From assembly GCA_965207445.1 (NCBI GenBank), contig CBDBLX010000002.1, forward strand, positions 2,071,849-2,135,848: a stretch of 64,000 bases of DNA. Direction: 5' to 3'. Every line of letters starts with the position of its first letter. The first letter of the stretch is position 1. Origin of the DNA: Nitrosopumilus sp. Its GTDB lineage: Archaea; Thermoproteota; Nitrososphaeria; Nitrososphaerales; Nitrosopumilaceae. Shown here piece by piece: positions 38,556 to 47,639 of this stretch. Below the pieces are notes generated by a model. That model saw only the letters and a list, made by a program, of their open reading frames with translations, made no database searches and was not told the DNA's origin. The translations under genes were made by a program, and so were the position numbers.

Positions 38556-39902
38556 GTGGATAATTCACATATGGGAACAAGAAAAAATAAAAGCAAAGAC
38601 TCGCATAGATATGCAAAAAAAAGTACACGTGTGCGTCGTACACAGGCAACAACAACTACTACTACCACCGCCACCGCAACACACAACAATAAACCAAAAC
38701 ACGATGATGCAAACATTCATGCATACGCATACAATACACTAGGACTCAAAAACAGAATTCTAAACGGTAACACAGAAAAAGACAGTAGAAAGATACGCAT
38801 ACTAGACAGCACACTAAGGGAAGGAGAACAACACCCAGGAGTCACCTTTACAAACAAACAGAGAATTCAGATAGCATGGATGCTAGACTATTTTGGAGTT
38901 GACCAAATAGAGATATCACCAGTAATATCAAAAGATCACAAGGAAGCTACAAAGACCATAATAAAACAGGACTTGCAGGCAGATATAGTAGCTCACGGAA
39001 GGGCAATTAGAGAGGATATTGATACGGCAATTGACTGCAAGGCAAAATGGTGTGCTGCTTATTTAGGAATATCAGATGTGCATCTCAAAGACAAACTTCG
39101 AATAACACGTAAAGAGGCAATTAGACGTGCAGTAGACACGGTTGAATACGCAAAAGAGCACGGACTGCACATTAGATTTACAGTAGAGGATGGTAGTAGA
39201 GCCGATCCGGAGTTTCTTATATCACTGTGCAAGCAGATACAAGATGTAAAAGTTGACCGCATTAGTTTACCTGACACAGTCGGAGTGATGCATCCAGCAG
39301 GAATGTATGAGTTTGTCAAGGCAGTCAAAGCAGAGATCAATGTGCCACTTGATGTACATGTGCACAATGACATGGGACTAGCAGTAGCAAATGCAATATC
39401 AGCATGCGATGCAGGAGTAGATCAGATACACACAACAATAGATGGTATAGGTGAGAGGACAGGCATACCACCACTAGCAGAGGTTTCAGTTGTGTTGACA
39501 TACTTGTACCAATCAAACAATGACTTTAGACTAGACATGCTACAGGACCTCTCAAGGATGATCGAAGAGTATACAAAGATACCACCATACGACTCAAAAC
39601 CAATAGTAGGTACATCAGCATACAAACACAAGGCAGGAACACATCTTGCGGCCATATTACGCAATCCTACTGCGTATGAGCCAATACCTCCAAGGACTGT
39701 AGGAAATAAAAGAAGAATAGTGTTCGGGGAATTGGCAGGAAAGACAGGAGCTGCGTATTTAATGTCACTTTTAGGGTTGGGAAATGATGAAGAGCAAGCA
39801 AAACATATGGCAAGTGGATTAAAAGAGCTTAGAATGGGAGATTTAATTGATCTGCCATTGAGTGACAACCTTGAGAGAAAGATGACAGAATTAAAGGATT
39901 AA
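38556..39902 (+). CDS. Homocitrate synthase (LeuA family) with low-complexity N-terminal extension
   Basis: Motifs LDSTLREGEQ, LPDTVG, HVHND, GIGERTG and HKAGTH; lysine-cluster context. The start is uncertain. Confidence 0.88.
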   Translation: MDNSHMGTRKNKSKDSHRYAKKSTRVRRTQATTTTTTTATATHNNKPKHDDANIHAYAYNTLGLKNRILNGNTEKDSRKIRILDSTLREGEQHPGVTFTNKQRIQIAWMLDYFGVDQIEISPVISKDHKEATKTIIKQDLQADIVAHGRAIREDIDTAIDCKAKWCAAYLGISDVHLKDKLRITRKEAIRRAVDTVEYAKEHGLHIRFTVEDGSRADPEFLISLCKQIQDVKVDRISLPDTVGVMHPAGMYEFVKAVKAEINVPLDVHVHNDMGLAVANAISACDAGVDQIHTTIDGIGERTGIPPLAEVSVVLTYLYQSNNDFRLDMLQDLSRMIEEYTKIPPYDSKPIVGTSAYKHKAGTHLAAILRNPTAYEPIPPRTVGNKRRIVFGELAGKTGAAYLMSLLGLGNDEEQAKHMASGLKELRMGDLIDLPLSDNLERKMTELKD

Positions 39903-40009
39903 AATGAGTGTACGATGAATAACTATATTTTATCAAAAATTAACGTATTATATGGTCCATAAAACAATTGATCGCAACCATGATAAACATGTGATAGAGA
40001 GTGTAAGAT

Positions 40010-40177
40010 ATGGCAAATTGTGAGGAATGCGATGCAGAGATTCCCATTCCAGCCGACACGTTAGAAGGTGAGATTGTGACATGCCCCGAATGCGGTGCAA
40101 GCTTTGAGATAAAGGCTGGAGCAAATGGTTTTGAGCTCAGGCCAGCCCAAACAGTCGGCGAGGATTGGGGGCAGTGA
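40010..40177 (+). CDS. lysW: Amino-group carrier protein LysW, copy 2 (ends EDWGQ)
   Basis: Not in the ORF track. Manual translation: MANCEECDAEIPIPADTLEGEIVTCPECGASFEIKAGANGFELRPAQTVGEDWGQ*. Confidence 0.93.
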   Translation: MANCEECDAEIPIPADTLEGEIVTCPECGASFEIKAGANGFELRPAQTVGEDWGQ

Positions 40178-41082
40178 ATCCTGACGTTACTGTTCTTTAT
40201 GATACTATCCGATGGGAAGAAAAAGCCCTATTGGAAGCAAGTAAGAGAGCAGGCATAAATGTACGCATGTTAGACTGCAAAGACTTGGCATTGGGGTTAG
40301 GTAAGGGAGATAATGTCATAGATCATAATAATAATAATAATAATAAACATCAAAATGCAGACCAAACAGAATATGGAATAGTCCTACAAAGATGCGTCAG
40401 TTATTATAGGAATCTACACTCCACTGCTGCACTTGAAGGACTCGGTATTAAAGTGATCAACTGTCTGCAAACAGGTATCTTGGCAGGCAACAAACTATTT
40501 ACACACATGTTATTACAAAAAGCAAATGTACCAACACCAGATGCCACAATAGCATTCTCAAAAGACGCTGCACTAAAACATCTCAAAGAGTCCGGACTGC
40601 CTGCAGTAATCAAACCGACTGTAGGTAGTTGGGGACGACTAGTCTCCAAGCTTACCAATATGGATGCAGCAGAAGGCATCATAGAAGGAAGAGAAGCAAT
40701 GTATCCAATACACCATACACATTATCTAGAAGAATTTGTTAAAAGACCACCAAGAGATATCAGGGCAATAATGGTAGGAGATGAAATCGTAGCTGCTATT
40801 TACAGAACATCAGAAAGAGGAAACTGGAAGACCAATACGGCTCTTGGGGGAAGAGCAGACCCATGTGAGGTGACAGCAGAGATGGAAGAAATATGCATAA
40901 AAGCAAAAAATGCTGTATATGGCGATATAGTTGGAGTGGATCTTATGGAGGATGAATCAAGAGGTTTGGTAGTACATGAGATTAACAACACAACTGAATA
41001 CAAAAACACAGTCAGAGTTTGTAATGTGGACATACCAAAGATCATGCTAGAGTTTGCAGTAAAGAGATCTAATAGAGGGTGA
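40174..41082 (+). CDS. lysX: Alpha-aminoadipate--LysW ligase (ATP-grasp)
   Basis: Motifs YDTIRWEEK, KPTVGSWGRL and HEINNTTEY. The GTG start overlaps the lysW stop. Confidence 0.9.
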   Translation: MNPDVTVLYDTIRWEEKALLEASKRAGINVRMLDCKDLALGLGKGDNVIDHNNNNNNKHQNADQTEYGIVLQRCVSYYRNLHSTAALEGLGIKVINCLQTGILAGNKLFTHMLLQKANVPTPDATIAFSKDAALKHLKESGLPAVIKPTVGSWGRLVSKLTNMDAAEGIIEGREAMYPIHHTHYLEEFVKRPPRDIRAIMVGDEIVAAIYRTSERGNWKTNTALGGRADPCEVTAEMEEICIKAKNAVYGDIVGVDLMEDESRGLVVHEINNTTEYKNTVRVCNVDIPKIMLEFAVKRSNRG

Positions 41083-42302
41083 GAGTCTTGAGTAAAGAAG
41101 AGTCGTTGTCAGGTATGCAAGCAGATGATACGCAGTCAGATGATATGCAATCATCAAACGCCCAATCAACTGATCCAGTATCAAGATATGAGACAAAAAT
41201 GCTCAAAAAGGCACTCGAATTGTATACACTATCAAAACACGAGGGTCCAATGGCAGAATTTCTAACAGAAAAATGCAAAGAACTTGGATTTACAGACATT
41301 CGCATAGACGACGTTGGAAATGTAATAGCAAAGAAAGGAAATGGCGCCCCCAACATTATGTTGTGTGGGCATATGGATGTGGTACCAGGTAAGATACAAG
41401 TGCGAATAGAAGGAGATTATTTGTACGGGCGTGGTGCATCAGATGCAAAGGCTCCATTGATGGCAATGCTCTTTACAGCAGCAGCAATACCCAAAGACCA
41501 AGGAACTGTAACGTTTGTAGGTGCCATAGATGAGGAAGGAAACGCAACAGGAATCAAAAATCTTGTCAAAGAGAAGATGGATATTGATTATGCTATATTT
41601 GGTGAGCCAAGTGGCACAAAACAGGTCACTATAGCATACAAGGGAAGACTAGCAATAAACCTCAGAGTAAGATCTAAAGATAGTTCACATGCAAGCGCTC
41701 CATGGCTATCAAAAAATGCAATTACCGAATCCATGGCATTTGCAACAAGACTAAAAGAAGAGTTGGAAGGAAACCAATCAGAAGAAGAAGAGCGTAAAAG
41801 TAAGATTATAACAGCAACTGTAACTATGATTAGGGGAGGGACAAGCCACAACGTCACACCTTCAGAGTGCGAGACTACATTTGATATTAGAATACCCGTG
41901 GGTAGTAGTTGTAAGGAGACAGAGCAGAGAGTCGCAACACTAGTACAAGAGGCAGGAAAACAGCTCGGAGTTGATCCATTTTATTCCATACTAGATGAGA
42001 CAGAACCATTTGAAGCCCCACATAACTCTCCACTTGTCAGAGCATTCACATTAAGTGGATTAAAGACTGATGGCGAACGTCCACGACTAGTACGAAAGAC
42101 AGGTACAGGGGACATGAACGTACTAGGATATGAATGGAAGATACCAGTAGTCACGTATGGTCCCGGAGACCCACACGAAGCGCACACAAAAGATGAAAAA
42201 GTGTCAATTAAAGAATACCTAAAAGGAATAGAGATTCTCAAAGAGACATTAAAGCAATTAAAGATGCTCCATGACAAAAAAATTGCAAGAGCTGTGGCAT
42301 AA
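41079..42302 (+). CDS. lysK: [LysW]-lysine/ornithine hydrolase (M20 family, LysK/ArgE)
   Basis: Motifs CGHMDVV, GRGASDAK, DEEG, GTGDMN and YGPGD..AHT. Confidence 0.92.
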   Translation: MRVLSKEESLSGMQADDTQSDDMQSSNAQSTDPVSRYETKMLKKALELYTLSKHEGPMAEFLTEKCKELGFTDIRIDDVGNVIAKKGNGAPNIMLCGHMDVVPGKIQVRIEGDYLYGRGASDAKAPLMAMLFTAAAIPKDQGTVTFVGAIDEEGNATGIKNLVKEKMDIDYAIFGEPSGTKQVTIAYKGRLAINLRVRSKDSSHASAPWLSKNAITESMAFATRLKEELEGNQSEEEERKSKIITATVTMIRGGTSHNVTPSECETTFDIRIPVGSSCKETEQRVATLVQEAGKQLGVDPFYSILDETEPFEAPHNSPLVRAFTLSGLKTDGERPRLVRKTGTGDMNVLGYEWKIPVVTYGPGDPHEAHTKDEKVSIKEYLKGIEILKETLKQLKMLHDKKIARAVA

Positions 42303-43444
42303 TGCTCTGTTTTGTAGGAATGGGAATATCAGGCACAGAATCAATGACTAAGAGTGGAATTGCTGCAATCTGTGACGCAGATATAGTATACTATGAACAG
42401 TTTACAAGTCCATCTCCACTTGCAAATACAACAGCAGCGATACAGAGCCATACAAAAGGAGCAGTAAAAGACGCAAAACGATGGATGGTTGAAGATGGTA
42501 CTGTAATACTCAAAGATGCCACAAACAAAAATGTTGTGCTGTTATCATATGGAGATCCACTAGTAGCTACAACGCATACAGAGTTGTTATGTAGAGCGAT
42601 CAAATCAGGTATAAAGGCTAGTGTAATTCATGCATCGTCAGGCCCCACGGCAGTGATCGGAGAGTGTGGACTGCATCACTACAAAGTAGGTAAGATGGCA
42701 ACGGTTATGAGAGATATAAAATCTATGACTACACCATACTATACAATATACAAAAATGCAATAGAGCAATGTCACACACTGTTATTACTAGAGTATGATT
42801 ATAAAGGAACAGAGAGCAGAGACGACGGCAAAAGTTTCTTTTTAGAGCCCGCGGATGCTTTGAGTGGATTATTAAAGGTAGAAGAGGGGCAAAAAAGAAA
42901 TGTAATATCAAATGATACATACGCAATAATTGCATCAAGAGTCGGTATGGTAAATGAGCAGCGGCAAGAGCAACGGCAGCAGCAACACATAACAGCAGGA
43001 AAAATATCAAGTCTTATATCAAAACGAGACTTTGGAGAACCACCACATAGCATAGTTATACCAGGAAATCTTCACTTTACAGAATCAGATGCAATCACCA
43101 CACTAGCAGAGTGTATAGATAAACCACCACAATCTCAAAGTGCTGCAAAAGACAACCCCAATACACCTCAACGTATATCAAGTCAGATGATCTCAAAGTA
43201 TGCGCCCATGATCAGAAGATCCATCAAAGATGTTTCTGATCATTGTAAGGATGACAAAATAATGCAAAATATTCTCGAGAATGCAGAGTTGTATGTAAGT
43301 GATGCAGAAGATTTCATAAAAAAAGAAGGGCACGAAGACGTAGCTGTTCTAAGTGTCGGATATGCAGACGGACTAGTAGATGCACTCCGAATCTTAAGAG
43401 GGCTTAACACAGGAGACACTGTAAAGAAAAAACCTTCACTTTAA
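42302..43444 (+). CDS. dph5: Diphthine synthase with C-terminal DUF357-like domain
   Basis: Motifs GDPLVATTH, GLHHYKVG, HTLLLL, FGEPPHS and LHFTE; C-terminal YADGLVDALR. Confidence 0.9.
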   Translation: MLCFVGMGISGTESMTKSGIAAICDADIVYYEQFTSPSPLANTTAAIQSHTKGAVKDAKRWMVEDGTVILKDATNKNVVLLSYGDPLVATTHTELLCRAIKSGIKASVIHASSGPTAVIGECGLHHYKVGKMATVMRDIKSMTTPYYTIYKNAIEQCHTLLLLEYDYKGTESRDDGKSFFLEPADALSGLLKVEEGQKRNVISNDTYAIIASRVGMVNEQRQEQRQQQHITAGKISSLISKRDFGEPPHSIVIPGNLHFTESDAITTLAECIDKPPQSQSAAKDNPNTPQRISSQMISKYAPMIRRSIKDVSDHCKDDKIMQNILENAELYVSDAEDFIKKEGHEDVAVLSVGYADGLVDALRILRGLNTGDTVKKKPSL

Positions 43445-43495
43445 AGCGCAATAATGAAAACATCAAGAGAAACTTGCACATAACACGAAAAGATC

Positions 43496-43572
43496 GTAAC
43501 CGTTCAATTCCCGTGCTTGTACTAGACGTTAAGCAGTTAATCTGCATCTGAATTTGGCAAGGGGCCGAATAC
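43496..43572 (-). mobile_element. MITE family A copy, diverged, one end eroded
   Basis: Begins GTAACCGTTCAATTCCCGTGCTTGTACTAGACGTTAAG and is colinear with the 5058 copy. Confidence 0.75.
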
Positions 43573-43694
43573 ACGATAACCTCGTTCTTCCTCTTTCTGC
43601 ATGGTTCTTTAATCAAAATATTTCATATGTTATTTCTCATACAAAAAAACATTATAAGATTGAGATTTGACACATTAATTAATCATTTAAATGT

Positions 43695-44765
43695 TCATTT
43701 ATAACAGTCAACAGGAATAATATCAATATCAACTGCAGACCCATCAGATATAGATGCAGCCTCACGCAAACACACATTTGATATTAGCTCTATTATAGAA
43801 TCATTATGATGAGTTCTCTCAAGTACTATAAGTGCACATAATATACCTGTATCATTTTTTGACATAAAGTCTGTTTTGATATTAGGATTATTGATGTGAT
43901 TTTGATGTTCAATGTTATTAGAATTATAAATTTCCCTCTCTTCTCCATCAGACATACGCTTTGTAATTGAGTGTTCTTTGAGTTGAGTTTGTGGTTGTTG
44001 CGATGGTTGCGATGGTTGTTGCAATGGTTGTGGTTGCCGAACCTGTGCAAAATCATTTACACGTAATATTGCTGGAAAACACTTTGCCCATCCATATGTG
44101 CGCTGCCCATCTGAAAAACTCTTGATCATAATTCCAGTGCGCTCAGACTTTAACCTGCGCACAATCTCCTTGTACTCACGGCGTTGAAGTTGGACATTAA
44201 GTGTTCCAGGAAATGGTACATAACCTATTTTGGATCGAAACTGCTCGGTATATCCATCAAGTGCCATATAGTATGCGCCCTCACCCATTCCAGACATCAA
44301 AACACCACTTAATGATACAGGTGTAAAATTATCAGAATCTGCAAAACTCACACTCCTTTGTAATATGTCAGTTATGCTTTTAATAGAATCGAGTCCATGT
44401 TCTGTGACACGAACAGACATGCTTCGACCAAAAGTAGATGCCACACGTTCAATCAATCCATTTTGCTCAAGATCAGTCAGATATCTAGATGCTGACTGTT
44501 GTGACTTTTTTATATTGTTGCCCAACTCAGCAGTAGTTATATCAATATAGTTATGACGTGCTCCTTTTGAGAGTAGATACGCAAGTGTAAGTATATGGTA
44601 CATATGTAACTGTTCTATGATGTTAGAATAAATAGAATCAGCCATGCTTTTTTTAATTTTAGATTCGGCAACATCATAAACAGAGTCACTATTAGATTTC
44701 GTGTTGTTGTGGTTATGGTTGTTGTTTTTATTAGTAGCAGAGTATGTTGGTTTTTTTTCACTCAA
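43695..44765 (-). CDS. ribK: CTP-dependent riboflavin kinase with N-terminal HTH, carrying large low-complexity inserts
   Basis: SQQSASRYL HTH, SGMGEGAYY, PFPGTLN and ERTHH..IIELIS. Confidence 0.9.
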   Translation of the reverse strand: MSEKKPTYSATNKNNNHNHNNTKSNSDSVYDVAESKIKKSMADSIYSNIIEQLHMYHILTLAYLLSKGARHNYIDITTAELGNNIKKSQQSASRYLTDLEQNGLIERVASTFGRSMSVRVTEHGLDSIKSITDILQRSVSFADSDNFTPVSLSGVLMSGMGEGAYYMALDGYTEQFRSKIGYVPFPGTLNVQLQRREYKEIVRRLKSERTGIMIKSFSDGQRTYGWAKCFPAILRVNDFAQVRQPQPLQQPSQPSQQPQTQLKEHSITKRMSDGEEREIYNSNNIEHQNHINNPNIKTDFMSKNDTGILCALIVLERTHHNDSIIELISNVCLREAASISDGSAVDIDIIPVDCYK

Positions 44766-45904
44766 GATATTCCAAGCTCATTAAAGGTACGCAGTTCAAG
44801 TCCTTCTGTGTTTGAGAGCTTTGCAACTCTATGTCCAACAATATACTGAACACCAGCTTTGCGTGCAGCATCAAGTAGTCGCTGTGTAATTATCCCATCT
44901 AACAACAAGTGAACAATGTTTGTTTGTGTAGATAGTTTGTTAATAATCTCACTTATCGGCACTTTGAATACAGACTCTTCATTAGAGTCAAGTCCTACTG
45001 CTTCAAGAGTCTCGTTTATATCTTTATGAACACGTTCTGCTATAACAGCAAGTGGTTTGTCAGATACATTTTTTAGAGTCGATGGTTGGATCTCTGCTTT
45101 TATCTCTTCGGCAACTGGCCTCAAGATATCATCTATTCTCTGAGGGGTCATCTCTTCTACTTCGATATCTGGGTCAGCACGAAGTTCATAGTCCACTTGA
45201 ACAAGTGACTTTAACTCTTTTAATATAAAGCCGCCTGCTCTGTCACCATCAAGAAATGCTACCACAATCTTCTTTGAAGAGCACAATTCTTTGATGGAAG
45301 CGTCTATCTTTGCCCCTTCAATTGCAATTGCATTATCATATCCGGCACGTAAAAGATTGATGACATCGGCTCGTCCTTCTACTAAAATAATCCATTCAGA
45401 TGAAACTAGTCCAGAACTACAAGTGAGATTTGAAGGACCATATGTAGTGAGCTGAGCTTGGTCACCGTGATGAACGTCATTTATCATACTCTCGCCTTCA
45501 CTAATGGTCTTTGTAGCCCAGCGCTGTTTGATCTCTTTTGCACGCTTAACAATCTCATCTTTTTTAGCAGCTCGTATATCATCAATTGAGACTAGTTTGA
45601 ATGAAGTATCAAATGGTCCCACCTTGTCAATAGTCTCAATGGATGCTGCAATCAATGCACAGACATCAATATCAGTACTCATTGGTAGAATTACATCACC
45701 AGTTGTAGAATTTGATGTATTTGTAGCATTTACCTCAATACGACCTACTTTGGATGCACGTTGTAGTTCGTTGAGATTCATCTCAGGACCCATCAAACCT
45801 TCGGTCTGCCCGAAGATTGCCCCAATTATATCGGGTCGTTCAACGAGACCATCAACTTCGAAGGAAAGCTTAACGTGATACTTGACAATTCCTGATTGAG
45901 GCAT
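44762..45904 (-). CDS. dnaG: Archaeal DnaG-type primase / exosome-associated protein
   Basis: Motifs GAIFGQTEGL, TOPRIM VEGRADV...DGDRAG and DGIITQRL. Confidence 0.96.
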   Translation of the reverse strand: MPQSGIVKYHVKLSFEVDGLVERPDIIGAIFGQTEGLMGPEMNLNELQRASKVGRIEVNATNTSNSTTGDVILPMSTDIDVCALIAASIETIDKVGPFDTSFKLVSIDDIRAAKKDEIVKRAKEIKQRWATKTISEGESMINDVHHGDQAQLTTYGPSNLTCSSGLVSSEWIILVEGRADVINLLRAGYDNAIAIEGAKIDASIKELCSSKKIVVAFLDGDRAGGFILKELKSLVQVDYELRADPDIEVEEMTPQRIDDILRPVAEEIKAEIQPSTLKNVSDKPLAVIAERVHKDINETLEAVGLDSNEESVFKVPISEIINKLSTQTNIVHLLLDGIITQRLLDAARKAGVQYIVGHRVAKLSNTEGLELRTFNELGIS

Positions 45905-46123
45905 ACAACACTCATCTCCTTTAATATCATACTGTTGCCTCTTTGAATCTGTATAATAAGTTTATTGAAATTGGATAATATGACTAAATATTTATGATAA
46001 ATATGATTTAACTTTGTATATTTGGGATGTTTGTTCATGCCAAAGCATACAAGAGTAACAAAAACAGCACAGATAATAAAAAAGATTACACACAAAATGT
46101 GTGCAAAGGTCAGAGACTATTGA

Positions 46124-46474
46124 TTATCCAGTCTCAAACGAGTGTCCACAAGAACATGACTTTGTGACGTTTGGATTGTTGATCTTAAATCCTGAACCCA
46201 TGAGGCTCTCGATATAGTCAACATTTGCGCCTTTAAGGTGATCTATACTGTAGTTATCTACAAGCAGTTTCACGCCGCCTTCTTCCATAACGAGGTCATC
46301 TTCTTCAGGCGTTTTTTCAAAACCCATTCCATAGGATAGGCCAGAACAACCACCACCCTGTACATATACGCGAAGATACTCTGGTGATTCTGCTTCCTCC
46401 TTCATGAACTCTTTGATCTTTTCAGCCGCTTTTGGAGTTACTGTTACCACCTTTTGCGTTTGTTCAGTTGCCAT
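46124..46474 (-). CDS. A-type Fe-S cluster carrier (HesB/IscA/ErpA family)
   Basis: Motifs GGGCSGLSY and NPNVTKSCSCGHSF. Start set at ATG 46474. Confidence 0.94.
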   Translation of the reverse strand: MATEQTQKVVTVTPKAAEKIKEFMKEEAESPEYLRVYVQGGGCSGLSYGMGFEKTPEEDDLVMEEGGVKLLVDNYSIDHLKGANVDYIESLMGSGFKINNPNVTKSCSCGHSFETG

Positions 46475-46673
46475 ACAATAATACATATGATAAATTATAA
46501 TAAGCTTTTGAAGTTGCAAATATTCGCATCTGACCCACAATTTACCATATATGTAGCCATATACATAGATCTAAAAATATAGAGATACAGATTTTAGAAA
46601 AATATTCAAATCATTTACACATGCTACAACATATTATAAAAATTAGAAAAAAGAGTAGAGGGGTTTATTGTTA

Positions 46674-47438
46674 TTATTTTTTTGACTTGTTAACAAACGC
46701 AGTCATTCTTGCTTCTCTATCAGGATGAGTAAAGCAGTTGCGCCACGCCAAGAGTTCAATTGAGAGTCCAGTGTCCAAATCTGCGTTTCGACCTTTGTTG
46801 ATTGCAACCTTTGACATACGTACTCCCATCTCAGAATTTGCAGCAATTTGTAGAGCCATCTTTTGTGTCGCTTCTTGCAAATCAGCAAGTGCAACTACCT
46901 CATTTACAAGGCCGATCTCACGTGCAACATCTGCCTTTATCATCTTGCCAGTATACACTAACTCTTTTGCTTTTGCCACTCCGACAATTCTCATTAGACG
47001 TTGTGTGCCACCCCAACCGGGTGGAATCCCTATCGTGACCTCTGGCTGTCCTAGTTTTGCAGTATCTGCTGCAATACGTATATCACAAGACATTGCAAGC
47101 TCACATCCACCACCAAGTGCAAATCCATTGATAGCTGCAATTGTGGGTTGACGTACAAGTTCCACAGTCGACGTTACAAGCTGTCCGAGTGTGGCATACT
47201 CTACTGACTCATCAGCAGATATCTTTGACATGTATTCAATATCTGCACCAGCAGAAAATGCTCTATCGCCCTCACCTGTCAATATAACGACCTTGATTGC
47301 ATCGTCACGATGTATCTCAGTGAACACAGAGATCAGTTCTTTGGCAACATCAGTATTCATGGCATTGAGTTTGTCAGGTCTGTTTATCTTGACAGTACAG
47401 ATGCCTTGTTCTGATGTAGATTTTGTGACTAGTGTCAT
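46674..47438 (-). CDS. Enoyl-CoA hydratase; probable 3-hydroxypropionyl-CoA dehydratase/crotonyl-CoA hydratase of the 3HP/4HB cycle
   Basis: Motifs [17 protein letters not shown] and [17 protein letters not shown]. The specific role is inferred from AOA synteny with the CoA synthetase. Confidence 0.88.
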   Translation of the reverse strand: MTLVTKSTSEQGICTVKINRPDKLNAMNTDVAKELISVFTEIHRDDAIKVVILTGEGDRAFSAGADIEYMSKISADESVEYATLGQLVTSTVELVRQPTIAAINGFALGGGCELAMSCDIRIAADTAKLGQPEVTIGIPPGWGGTQRLMRIVGVAKAKELVYTGKMIKADVAREIGLVNEVVALADLQEATQKMALQIAANSEMGVRMSKVAINKGRNADLDTGLSIELLAWRNCFTHPDREARMTAFVNKSKK

Positions 47439-47639
47439 TGTATGCGCAACTTTAGACCCACCTTAAATGTCATCGTTTTTAGAATCTGTTACATAACAAA
47501 TATACAATTTAAGAGTTGATTGTGTTGTCTTGTATTGTATTGTATTGTATGTACGATTATACGCAAAATGTAGCATAATAACACATCTGCAAATTTGGAA
47601 TCATCACTAGACAAACAAAAAACGTTTTCAAATCACAAT

